From the NCBI GenBank assembly GCA_009694045.1, contig SHVY01000003.1, positions 9,058-73,057 of the forward strand: 64,000 nucleotides of DNA, read 5' to 3'. Positions 55,370 through 64,000 of the stretch are shown in pieces. Every line of letters starts with the position of its first letter. Position 1 is the stretch's first letter. The position numbers and the translations under genes were made by a program. Below the pieces are notes generated by a model. That model saw nothing but the letters and a program-made list of their open reading frames with translations. It searched no databases and was not told the origin of the DNA. Origin of the DNA: Alphaproteobacteria bacterium. GTDB taxonomy: Bacteria; Pseudomonadota; Alphaproteobacteria; SP197.

Positions 55370-55795
55370 TCAGCCCCCGATCCCATGGCGAAGGACGAAG
55401 ACCACCGCGGCGGCCGTGACCATGAACACCGCGGTCGCGGCCAGGGAACGGGGCGACAGCCGGGCCAGGCCGCAGACGCCGTGTCCGCTGGTGCAACCGC
55501 CGCCGAGCCGGGTGCCGAAACCCACCAGCAGGCCGCCGGCGATCAGCAGGGGCGCCGACCCGGACACGGTGACGGAGGGGAGATCGAACCCGAGTAGCCC
55601 GAGCAGGAGCGGGCCGGCGACGAAGCCGACGAGGAACGCGATCCGCCAGCCCGACTCGGCGCCCCACGGGCGGAGAAGCCCGCCCATGATGCCGCTGACG
55701 CCGGCCACCCGGCCGAGAGCGACCACCAGTAGCGATGCCGAGAGGCCGATCAGGGCGCCGCCGATCAGGGCGTCGACGGGAGAGAAGGGGGCCAT
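55370..55795 (-). CDS. YeeE/YedE-type sulfur-compound permease, first half-protein
   Basis: 141 aa with motif GGGCTSGHGVCGLARLSPRS, typical of the YeeE/YedE (DUF395) family. Confidence 0.82.
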   Translation of the reverse strand: MAPFSPVDALIGGALIGLSASLLVVALGRVAGVSGIMGGLLRPWGAESGWRIAFLVGFVAGPLLLGLLGFDLPSVTVSGSAPLLIAGGLLVGFGTRLGGGCTSGHGVCGLARLSPRSLAATAVFMVTAAAVVFVLRHGIGG

Positions 55796-55806
55796 GGGAA
55801 CCTCGC

Positions 55807-56973
55807 TCAGCGCAGGCGTTCGAGGATGCTGACGTAGTTGGCGACGGCGGTGCCGCCCATGTTGAAGATGCCGGCCAGGGCTGCGTTCGGGATCTGCATA
55901 TCGCCGGCGCTACCCGTCACCTGCATGGCGGCCAGCGCGTGCATCGACACGCCCGTGGCGCCAATCGGGTGTCCCTTGGCCTTGAGCCCGCCGGAGGGAT
56001 TGACCGGCAATCGGCCGCCGCGCTCGCTCCAGCCTTCCTCGATGGCGCGCGCGCCCTGGCCCTCGGGCGCCAGCCCCATCGCCTCATAGATCAGCAGCTC
56101 GGCGATGGTGAAACAATCGTGGACCTCGACCAGGTCCAGATCCCCGAGCCCCACCCGCGCCTCGGCGAGCGCCTGGCGCCACGCCTCCGCGGCGCCTTCG
56201 AACCGGGTGGGATCGCGCCGGCTCATGGGCAGGAAATCAGTCACGCGGGTGGCCCCCCGAACCGCCACCGCCTTGCCGAGGGAAAGGGCAGTGCCCACGT
56301 CGGCCAGGACCACGGCGGCGGCCCCGTCCGACACCGGGGAGCAGTCCGTGCGCCGCAGCCGCCCGGCGACGATCGGGTTCTTCTCGCTGACGGTGCGGCA
56401 GAAGTCGTAGCCCAGGTCCTTGCGGATCTGGGCATAGGGGTTCGCGCAGCCGTTCCGGTGGTTCTTGGCGGCGATGCGGGCGAGGGCGTCGGACTGGTCG
56501 CCATGCTTCTGGAAATAAGCCTCGGCCAGGTGCGCGAACACCCCCGCGAACCCGCCCGGGATTCCGGCCTCGTCCTTGACGTAGCTCGCCTTCAGCAGGT
56601 TGCGGGCGATGTCGTCCGGGGCGGCGTCCGTCATCTTCTCGACGCCGACCACCAGAACGATCCGCGCCCGGCCGGCCGCCAGGGTGTCGAGCCCGACGTG
56701 CACCGCCGCCGAGCCCGTGGCGCAGGCGTTCTCGACCCTGAGCGCCGGTTTGAAGCGGAAGGCGTCGTCGGCCGCCAGCACCAGGGGCGCCGTGAAATCC
56801 TGGGCGGAAAAGCCGGCGTTGAAGTGGCCGAGGACGATGGCATCGACGTCCTTCGCCGCGACTCCGGCATCGGCGAGCGCGTCCCGCGCCGCGCGAACGA
56901 CCAGGGACTCGACGTCCTCGCCCGCCAGCTTGCCGAACTTGCTGTGGGACCAACCGACGATGCATCCGACCAT
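55807..56973 (-). CDS. Thiolase-domain protein (SCP-x / non-specific lipid-transfer-type thiolase)
   Basis: ATG at 56973 (MVGCIVGWSHSKFGK) with a GAGG Shine-Dalgarno, within ORF 55807..57027, 388 aa. Motifs ENACATGS (catalytic Cys), VHDCFT and GHPIGATG. Confidence 0.85.
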   Translation of the reverse strand: MVGCIVGWSHSKFGKLAGEDVESLVVRAARDALADAGVAAKDVDAIVLGHFNAGFSAQDFTAPLVLAADDAFRFKPALRVENACATGSAAVHVGLDTLAAGRARIVLVVGVEKMTDAAPDDIARNLLKASYVKDEAGIPGGFAGVFAHLAEAYFQKHGDQSDALARIAAKNHRNGCANPYAQIRKDLGYDFCRTVSEKNPIVAGRLRRTDCSPVSDGAAAVVLADVGTALSLGKAVAVRGATRVTDFLPMSRRDPTRFEGAAEAWRQALAEARVGLGDLDLVEVHDCFTIAELLIYEAMGLAPEGQGARAIEEGWSERGGRLPVNPSGGLKAKGHPIGATGVSMHALAAMQVTGSAGDMQIPNAALAGIFNMGGTAVANYVSILERLR

Positions 56974-56990
56974 CGCGACCTCAGTCACTC

Positions 56991-57060
56991 GTGTCCCGAT
57001 TCTGAAATTCGCCCAACCTCGCGGCAACCTTCTGAGCGAATTTCAGAATCGAAGGGACAC
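56991..57060. repeat. 70-bp AT-rich imperfect palindrome: 15 bp plus 7 bp of pairing with a 3-nt bulge, and a 23-nt centre
   Basis: Left arm is gtgtccc-gattctgaaattcgc (56991..57012). Right arm is gcgaatttcagaatc-gaa-gggacac (57036..57060). Base pairs were checked one by one. A third CGATTCT copy lies at 57072..57078. Confidence 0.9.
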
Positions 57061-57099
57061 GAAACAATTATCGATTCTAGTGTCGTTTTGGGTTTCGAA

Positions 57100-57135
57100 G
57101 TTCGCCCTCGAGGATGGCCGCAAGACAGGGCGAAC
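57100..57135 (-). terminator. Possible trpE 3' stem-loop (weak terminator candidate)
   Basis: 9-bp stem gttcgccct/agggcgaac with an 18-nt loop, starting 14 nt after the trpE stop. No clear U-tract follows on the transcript strand. Confidence 0.25.
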
Positions 57136-57148
57136 CTCGAGACCACGA

Positions 57149-58654
57149 CTAGTTTCCCGACTCGCCGAAGGAGATGGCGACCTCGGCCGCGCGGATCAAG
57201 GCCCGGGCCTTGTTCACGCACTCCTGGTACTCCGCCTCGGGCGTCGAATCGGCGACGATCCCGCCGCCCGCCTGAGCGTACAACATGCCGTCCTTCACCA
57301 CCGCGGTCCTGAGCGCGATGCAGCTATCCATGGTGCCGTTGGCGGAGAAGTAACCGACCGCCCCGGCATAGATACCGCGCCGTTCCACCTCCAGCTCGTC
57401 GATGATCTCCATGGCCCGCACCTTGGGCGCGCCGCTCACCGTTCCGGCGGGAAAGCCCGCCATCAGCGCGTCGAGCCCGTCGCGGCTCGGGTCCAGCGCG
57501 CCTTCGACGTTCGAGACGATGTGCATCACGTGGCTGTACCGCTCGATGATGTCTCGCTCGGTCACCGTTACGGTCCCGATCCTGGCCACCTTGCCCACGT
57601 CGTTGCGCCCGAGGTCCAGGAGCATCAGGTGCTCCGCCAGCTCCTTGGGATCGGCCAGCAGATCGGCGGCCAGCGCCTCGTCCTCGGCCCGGGTGGCGCC
57701 ACGCCGCCGGGTTCCGGCGATCGGGCGGATCGTGACGATGCCGTCGCGGCTGCGGACCAGGATCTCGGGGCTCGACCCCACCACCGCGAACGTTCCGAGA
57801 TCGAGGAAGAACAGGAACGGGGAGGGATTCACGCGCCGCAGCGCCCGGTAGAGGACGAACGGTGGCAGGCGGAACGGCACCGCGAATCGCTGCGACAGCA
57901 CCACTTGGAAGACATCGCCGGCGGCGATGTAGTCCTTCGCCCGCTCGACCATCCGGACGTAGATCTCCTTCGGCGTGTTCGAAACCGGCGCGGTCTGGGC
58001 TTTCCCGCTCGCCGGATGGCGGTGGTGGGGCAGGGCGCGCTCGAAATCGGCGACGGTGTCCGCCAAACGCTCGCACGCATGGCCGTACGCGGCCCGCGCC
58101 GCGACGCCCGCCTGTGGCCACACCGGCGTGACCACGGTCACGCTATCGGCGACGTTGTCGAAGATCGCCATGACCGTTGGCCGCACGAACATCCCGTCGG
58201 GCAGCCCCATGGGCGCGGGCTTCTCCGTCGGCAGCCGTTCGATCAGCCGCACCATCTCGTAGCCCATGTACCCCACCAGGGCCGAGGCCATGGGCGGCAA
58301 CTGTTCCGGCAACGCGATCCTCGATTCGTTCACCAGCCGGCGCAACGAGGCGAGCGCGCCACCCGGCTCCGGCGTGAACGTCTCCGTGTCGGCCCGGGCC
58401 CGCCGGTTGATCTCGGCGCGGTCCCCGGTGCAGCGCCAGATCACGTCCGGCTTCAGGCCGATGATCGAGTAGCGGCCCCTGACCGCGCCACCCTCCACCG
58501 ATTCGAGCAGGAAGCTGAAGGGCCGCCCGTCGGCGAGTTTCAGCATGGCGGAGACCGGCGTCTCCAGATCCGCGACCAGGGTCGTCCACACCACCTGGGA
58601 GCGGCCGGCGGCGTGGGTCGCCTCGAACTCCGCGAATGTCGGAGCCGTAAGCAT
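57149..58654 (-). CDS. trpE: Anthranilate synthase component I
   Basis: 501 aa with LLESVEGG, GTVSGAPKVRAMEIIDELE and GGIVADS motifs. Confidence 0.95.
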   Translation of the reverse strand: MLTAPTFAEFEATHAAGRSQVVWTTLVADLETPVSAMLKLADGRPFSFLLESVEGGAVRGRYSIIGLKPDVIWRCTGDRAEINRRARADTETFTPEPGGALASLRRLVNESRIALPEQLPPMASALVGYMGYEMVRLIERLPTEKPAPMGLPDGMFVRPTVMAIFDNVADSVTVVTPVWPQAGVAARAAYGHACERLADTVADFERALPHHRHPASGKAQTAPVSNTPKEIYVRMVERAKDYIAAGDVFQVVLSQRFAVPFRLPPFVLYRALRRVNPSPFLFFLDLGTFAVVGSSPEILVRSRDGIVTIRPIAGTRRRGATRAEDEALAADLLADPKELAEHLMLLDLGRNDVGKVARIGTVTVTERDIIERYSHVMHIVSNVEGALDPSRDGLDALMAGFPAGTVSGAPKVRAMEIIDELEVERRGIYAGAVGYFSANGTMDSCIALRTAVVKDGMLYAQAGGGIVADSTPEAEYQECVNKARALIRAAEVAISFGESGN

Positions 58655-58670
58655 GCTAGTGCTTTGACTT

Positions 58671-58694
58671 CGACGGATCGTTCACGATCCGTCG
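58671..58694 (-). promoter_or_regulatory. Perfect 10-bp stem / 4-nt loop hairpin in the trpE leader
   Basis: cgacggatcg-ttca-cgatccgtcg on the plus strand, ending 16 nt upstream of the trpE ATG. No obvious Shine-Dalgarno between hairpin and ATG. Confidence 0.5.
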
Positions 58695-58771
58695 GGCCAA
58701 ACCCCTAGGCAGACTCTCATCTTGTGGCCCGCCCCAAACACGACGATGAATCATGCGTTTGTGTCGGGCCA

Positions 58772-60652
58772 CTAGAGCAGGGCGTCCAGGACCGTCGCGT
58801 CGATCTCGACCGGGTATCGCTCCTGCAGGATCACCCGGTACTGCTCGAGGATGTCGGCCCGGATCTGCTCGTTGAGCGCCTTGCGCAGCTCAACGATGCC
58901 CCCCTGGACCGATGCCGTGTCCACGGCGTCGATCCGCGCCAGCCGGGCGACGATATGCCCCGAGCCGTCGTTGGCGGCGGCGGTCACCACATCGCCGACC
59001 TTCGCCGCGAACAGGTTGTCCACCAGGTCGGGCGGGAAGGGAGCATCGCTCGGGCCGGGGTCGCGGCGGAAGGGCGCCGTGGTCTTAATCCCGGCGGGCC
59101 CGACGGCCTCGGCGAACGCCGCGCCGGCCGCGAGCTTGATCGCGGCCGCGTCGGCGGCGTCGGCGGCGGCCCGATCGCGCTCGGCCGCGCGCCAATCGGT
59201 GTCGACGTCGCCGCGCACGCTATCGAAGGGTCGCACGGCGGAAGGTACGATGGACCCGACCTGAACGATGCCGAATCCGCCGGCGGTCGTCTCCCGCAGG
59301 GGCGAAAGTTCTCCCTCGGCGGTCGCGAACAGGGAATCGATCAGGGTGATCTCTGGTAAAGTCGTCGCCGTTCCATCCGCCGCCACCCCGTCGCGGTCGA
59401 TCGCCGGGATTGGCCGGACCGCGAGCTCGAGCTGATCGGCCGCTTCCACCAGCGTCGCGCCGCCCGCCAGGATATCCTCGAGCGAGTTCGCTATTTCGTA
59501 GGCCGCGTCGGCGGCGGCGCTCAGCTTCAGCTCCAGCTCGATCGCCGGGCGCACGTCCGCCAACGTCACCTGCCGCGCCGGCTCGATCGCCGTCACCCGG
59601 AAGACGTGCCAGCCGAGTGGGCTCTGGGCAGGCGCCGTTGGGTCGCCGAGATCGGTTCCGAAGGCCGCATCGGCGAGCGCCGGGGAGAAGAAATCATCCC
59701 GGGTCATCACGCCGAGCGACACCGCGGCGCCCTGGCCCAGCGATGTCGCCACCGCCAGGAAGTCCTCGCCGGCGTCGACCTTGGCCTTCGCGGCGCTTGC
59801 GCCCGCCTTGTCCGGCAGCAGGATCTGCTCGACCGTCCGCCGTTCCGGCGTGCTCATGGCCGCCGCGCGCTCCTCGAACAGGGCCAGCACCTCGTTCTCG
59901 TCGGCGGCCACTTCGTCCGCGAGGTCGGTGGGGTCGATCAGCACGTAGACGCCGCCGCGGTACTCGGGCGCCGTGTAGCGATCGGCATGGGCCTCGTGGA
60001 AGGCCTTCAGGTCACCTTCGGCCGGCTCCTTCGCCAAGGGCATGTCGGCCGCCGCGATCATCGCGTATTCGGCCACCCGCGCCTCGTTCTGAAAGCTGAA
60101 CAACCGGTCGAGCAGGAGTTCCGGCGCCGCCGCCGCCCCGGCGATGCCGCCAGCGATCTGCTGGCGCAGTATCTCGCCGCGCAGCAGGGCGACGAACCCC
60201 TGTTCGTTGAAGCCCTGGTTGGCGATGCGGCCAATGAAGATGTCCTGGCTGAACGTGCCGGTATCGTCGTGGAACGACGGGTTGTCGACGATCGCCTTGG
60301 CCAACAACTCGTCGCTGACCGCAAGGCCGAGCCGCTCGGCGTCCTGGGCGAACTGCAACCCCATGGCCATGCGATCGATGGTGCCGCGCGCCACCTGCGC
60401 CTTCAGCTCGGGATCGTTGTCGAACGCGTCGCCCAAGAGCGAACGCGCCCGATTGGTATCCCGCTGGAATTCCCGGCTGAACGTCTGCGGGTCGATCTCC
60501 ACGCCGCCCACCGCGGCGAGGAATGTGCCGGACTGGCTGCGCAGCAGGCTCCCAGGGTCACCCCAGATGCCGACGCCGAACGCCAGGGCCAGCAACCCGA
60601 GGAAGGCGCGGACGAACCACGTTCCGGCGCTTCTGCGCAGGGCTCTCAACAT
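58772..60652 (-). CDS. ppiD: PpiD-like periplasmic chaperone / peptidyl-prolyl isomerase (N-terminal anchor, SurA-N-like and parvulin-like regions)
   Basis: 626 aa. N-terminal TM WFVRAFLGLLALAFGVGIW; long helical chaperone region; a parvulin-like segment (SPLGWHVFRV). Confidence 0.8.
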   Translation of the reverse strand: MLRALRRSAGTWFVRAFLGLLALAFGVGIWGDPGSLLRSQSGTFLAAVGGVEIDPQTFSREFQRDTNRARSLLGDAFDNDPELKAQVARGTIDRMAMGLQFAQDAERLGLAVSDELLAKAIVDNPSFHDDTGTFSQDIFIGRIANQGFNEQGFVALLRGEILRQQIAGGIAGAAAAPELLLDRLFSFQNEARVAEYAMIAAADMPLAKEPAEGDLKAFHEAHADRYTAPEYRGGVYVLIDPTDLADEVAADENEVLALFEERAAAMSTPERRTVEQILLPDKAGASAAKAKVDAGEDFLAVATSLGQGAAVSLGVMTRDDFFSPALADAAFGTDLGDPTAPAQSPLGWHVFRVTAIEPARQVTLADVRPAIELELKLSAAADAAYEIANSLEDILAGGATLVEAADQLELAVRPIPAIDRDGVAADGTATTLPEITLIDSLFATAEGELSPLRETTAGGFGIVQVGSIVPSAVRPFDSVRGDVDTDWRAAERDRAAADAADAAAIKLAAGAAFAEAVGPAGIKTTAPFRRDPGPSDAPFPPDLVDNLFAAKVGDVVTAAANDGSGHIVARLARIDAVDTASVQGGIVELRKALNEQIRADILEQYRVILQERYPVEIDATVLDALL

Positions 60653-60838
60653 GATGAAGACCGGTCCCGATGCCGATTGAAGCGGCGTCGATCATAGGGT
60701 CCCGGCGGCGGGCACGGCAATCGCCATGCTGGCGTTGGCCTCGTCGGCCGCCTGTGCTACCTAGTACCGACTTTCGCGAGTTCCAGAGTCGCCGATGGCG
60801 ATTCCGGAGCCGAGAAATCGGTACCAAATCATGATCTT

Positions 60839-60890
60839 GTACCCGATTACGGGCTTCGCGCCCGTGGCGCGAAACTCCGAGATCGGGTAC
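60839..60890 (+). other. Two-tier stem-loop immediately upstream of tpiA
   Basis: Outer arms gtacccgat (60839..60847) and atcgggtac (60882..60890). Inner arms ttcgcgcc (60855..60862) and ggcgcgaa (60866..60873) around the loop cgt. Confidence 0.5.
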
Positions 60891-60899
60891 TACCCCGGG

Positions 60900-61652
<753 letters not shown>

Positions 61653-61695
61653 GGGGTGCTAAAGGCCCCGGCTTCGGCCATACCATCAAGGTGCC

Positions 61696-62025
61696 ATGCA
61701 CACCGTCCTTGTCGTGATTCATCTCATGCTGGCGATCGGCCTGGTTGGGGTCGTCCTGCTGCAACGCAGCGAAGGCGGTGGATTGGGCATGGGCTCAGGC
61801 GGCATGGGCGGGTTCCTGTCCGGGCGTGGCCAGGCCACGCTGCTCAGCCGCATCACCGCGGGACTGGCGGCGACCTTCATGGTGACCAGCATCGCCCTCA
61901 CCATGGTCTCGGGAACCGGCAGCGCACCGCGCTCGATCGTCGAAGGCGTCGACCAATCGGCGCCGGCGGCGACGGAGACCACGACCGAAGGCGAGGAGGC
62001 GCCGAGCGTCCCCCTCGCCGAATGA
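61696..62025 (+). CDS. secG: Preprotein translocase subunit SecG
   Basis: 109 aa with two TM helices and [11 protein letters not shown] motif. Follows tpiA as in many bacteria. Confidence 0.9.
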   Translation: MHTVLVVIHLMLAIGLVGVVLLQRSEGGGLGMGSGGMGGFLSGRGQATLLSRITAGLAATFMVTSIALTMVSGTGSAPRSIVEGVDQSAPAATETTTEGEEAPSVPLAE

Positions 62026-62080
62026 CGGGACGCAAGACGGACGCACGCCTTCTCCGCGACCTGTGGTAGGTTGTTCGCCC

Positions 62081-63709
62081 GTGACGCGGTACATCTTCAT
62101 CACGGGCGGGGTGTCGTCCTCCCTGGGCAAGGGCTTGGCGTCGGCTGCCCTCGGCTCCCTCCTTCAATCCCGCGGCTACAGCGTCCGCCTGCGCAAGCTC
62201 GACCCCTACCTGAACGTGGATCCGGGAACCATGTCGCCGTATCAGCACGGCGAGGTTTACGTCACCGACGATGGCGCCGAGACCGACCTCGATCTCGGCC
62301 ATTACGAGCGGTTCACCGGGGTTCCCGCCCGCCGCAGCGACAGCATGACCAGCGGAAAAATCTATTCCGAGGTCATCGCTCGGGAACGGCGCGGCGATTA
62401 TCTCGGCGGCACCGTCCAGGTCATCCCGCACGTCACGGACGTGATCAAGGAGGCCGTTCTGGCCGATTCCAGCGGCGTGGATTTCCTGCTGTGCGAGATC
62501 GGCGGCACCGTCGGCGACATCGAAAGCCTGCCGTTCCTCGAGGCCATCCGCCAGCTCGGCAACGACCTGCCGCGCCAGCACACGGTCTTCGTCCACTTGA
62601 CTCTCGTCCCCTGGGTCGCCGCCGCCGGCGAGCTCAAGACCAAGCCGACCCAGCATTCGGTGAAGGAGCTCAGGGGCATCGGCATCCAGCCGGACATTCT
62701 CGTCTGCCGGTGCGACCGCCCGATCCCCGAGGCCGCCCGCCTCAAGATCGGCCTGTTCTGCAACGTCCGGCCCGAAGCGGTCATCCCGGGCGTGGACGTC
62801 GACACGATCTATCAGGTGCCGATCAGCTATCATCGGGCCGGGCTCGATACCCAGGTCCTCGCCGCCTGCGGCCTACCCGATTCCGGAACCCCCGATCTCG
62901 AACGCTGGGAATCGATCGTGCGGACCATCCGGGCGCCCGACGGCGAGGTCGCCATCGCCGTGGTCGGCAAGTACACCGGCCTGCTCGACGCCTACAAATC
63001 CCTGGCCGAGGCCCTGGCCCACGGCGGCATCGCCAACAACGTGAAAGTGAATCTCAGCTGGATCGATTCCGAGGTGTTCGAGTCCGAGGATGCGGTCGAT
63101 CGCCTGCGGTCGGTGAACGGCATCCTGGTGCCCGGCGGCTTCGGCGAACGCGGGTCCGAAGGCAAGATCGCTGCGGCCTCGTTCGCTCGGCGCAAGGAGA
63201 TTCCCTATTTCGGCATCTGCTTCGGGATGCAGATGGCGGTGATCGAAGCCGCCCGCCACCTTGGCGGGCTCGCCAAGGCCTCCAGCACCGAGTTCGGCCC
63301 AACGCCCCATCCGATCGTCGGCCTCCTGACCGAATGGACCCGGGGCAACGCCGTCGAGCGGCGCGGGATGGGCGACAATTTGGGCGGCACCATGCGGCTC
63401 GGCGCCTACGACTGCGTGCTGGCCGAGGGCAGCCGCGCCGCCGAGATCTATGGTGCCCGGCGCATCAGCGAACGCCATCGCCACCGCTACGAGGTCAACA
63501 TCAACTATCGCCAGCAGCTCGAGGATACGGGCCTGCGCTTCTCCGGCATGTCGCCCGACGGCGTCCTGCCCGAGATAGTCGAGCTGCCGAGCCATCCATG
63601 GTTCGTCGGCGTCCAGTTCCACCCCGAACTCAAATCGAAGCCCTTCGCCCCGCACCCGCTGTTCGCGTCCTTCATCCAGGCGGCGGTCGCCAACTCTCGG
63701 CTGGTGTAG
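62081..63709 (+). CDS. pyrG: CTP synthase
   Basis: GTG 62081 ([18 protein letters not shown]) within ORF 62063..63709, 542 aa. Motifs GICFGMQ and HRHRYEVN. Confidence 0.95.
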   Translation: MTRYIFITGGVSSSLGKGLASAALGSLLQSRGYSVRLRKLDPYLNVDPGTMSPYQHGEVYVTDDGAETDLDLGHYERFTGVPARRSDSMTSGKIYSEVIARERRGDYLGGTVQVIPHVTDVIKEAVLADSSGVDFLLCEIGGTVGDIESLPFLEAIRQLGNDLPRQHTVFVHLTLVPWVAAAGELKTKPTQHSVKELRGIGIQPDILVCRCDRPIPEAARLKIGLFCNVRPEAVIPGVDVDTIYQVPISYHRAGLDTQVLAACGLPDSGTPDLERWESIVRTIRAPDGEVAIAVVGKYTGLLDAYKSLAEALAHGGIANNVKVNLSWIDSEVFESEDAVDRLRSVNGILVPGGFGERGSEGKIAAASFARRKEIPYFGICFGMQMAVIEAARHLGGLAKASSTEFGPTPHPIVGLLTEWTRGNAVERRGMGDNLGGTMRLGAYDCVLAEGSRAAEIYGARRISERHRHRYEVNINYRQQLEDTGLRFSGMSPDGVLPEIVELPSHPWFVGVQFHPELKSKPFAPHPLFASFIQAAVANSRLV

Positions 63710-63714
63710 GCACG

Positions 63715-64000
63715 GTGACGCCGCACCACGTTTCCATCGGACGCCTGGTCGTCGGCAACGACCTGCCGCTGATCCTGATCGCCGGGCCGTGCGCGATCGA
63801 AAGCCGCGCCCATGCGCTGGAAACGGCGCGCGCCATCGCTGAGATCGCGGGTAGGCGCAAGCTCGGGTGGATCTACAAGAGCTCCTACGACAAGGCGAAC
63901 CGCACCAGCATCGAGGGCGCGCGCGGGGTGGGAATGGGCGAGGGCCTCGGCATCCTGGCCGAGGTGCGGGAGGTGATCGGCTGCCCCGTGCTGACCGACG
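63715..64000 (+). CDS. kdsA: 3-deoxy-8-phosphooctulonate synthase, 5' part only (runs off the window)
   Basis: Not in the ORF track because it is open-ended. Hand translation from GTG 63715 gives VTPHHVSIGRLVVGNDLPLILIAGPCAIESRAHALETARAIAEIAGRRKLGWIYKSSYDKANRTSIEGARGVGMGEGLGILAEVREVIGCPVLTD. Confidence 0.85.
   Translation, partial: MTPHHVSIGRLVVGNDLPLILIAGPCAIESRAHALETARAIAEIAGRRKLGWIYKSSYDKANRTSIEGARGVGMGEGLGILAEVREVIGCPVLTD

Noticed and set aside
56985-57221. 78-aa minus-strand ORF spanning the trpE stop and the AT-rich palindrome.
   Set aside because: It overlaps the 3' end of trpE out of frame and runs across the palindrome, and its product has no recognisable features. The palindrome itself explains the region better.

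Overview
This is a visibly GC-rich alphaproteobacterial chromosome segment (GC not computed), and almost all of it is conserved housekeeping DNA. On the plus strand it starts with tRNA-Asp and a complete 14-gene complex I operon, nuoA-N (187..14185). That operon runs by 4-nt overlaps into birA and coaX, followed by RNase J. Next come a membrane HAMP-GAF-GGDEF sensor (split by a frame change), mce, DUF1467, tag, a small secreted protein, proS, lolC-lolD and dnaE. The classic cluster rpsB-tsf-pyrH-frr-uppS-cdsA-dxr-rseP-bamA-skp-lpxD-fabZ-lpxA-lpxI-lpxB follows. After it come minus-strand gltA, gltX and a shortened FNT channel, then plus-strand comEC, then minus-strand lexA with two SOS boxes and moeA-moaC-trpC-trpD-trpG. 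A roughly 4-kb non-core cassette sits between trpG and trpE. It holds two paralogous Fe(II)/2OG oxygenases, a split YeeE/YedE permease and a stand-alone thiolase. Beyond trpE and a ppiD-like chaperone gene, the plus strand carries tpiA, secG, pyrG and the 5' part of kdsA, which runs off the window and is absent from the ORF track. I found no CRISPR array, rRNA, transposase, integrase, phage gene, or recognisable defence or toxin-antitoxin module, so I cannot support a claim of a new defence-type system here. Six things merit a second look: (1) the cassette between trpE and trpG and the 70-bp AT-rich palindrome at its edge; (2) lpxI, which needs three frame changes to read as LpxI; (3) the frame-split GGDEF sensor; (4) an FNT channel that lacks its central segment in frame; (5) a G12 tract upstream of bamA; (6) several leader hairpins. 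Gene calls rest on motif recognition from the translated ORFs. No database search was run.
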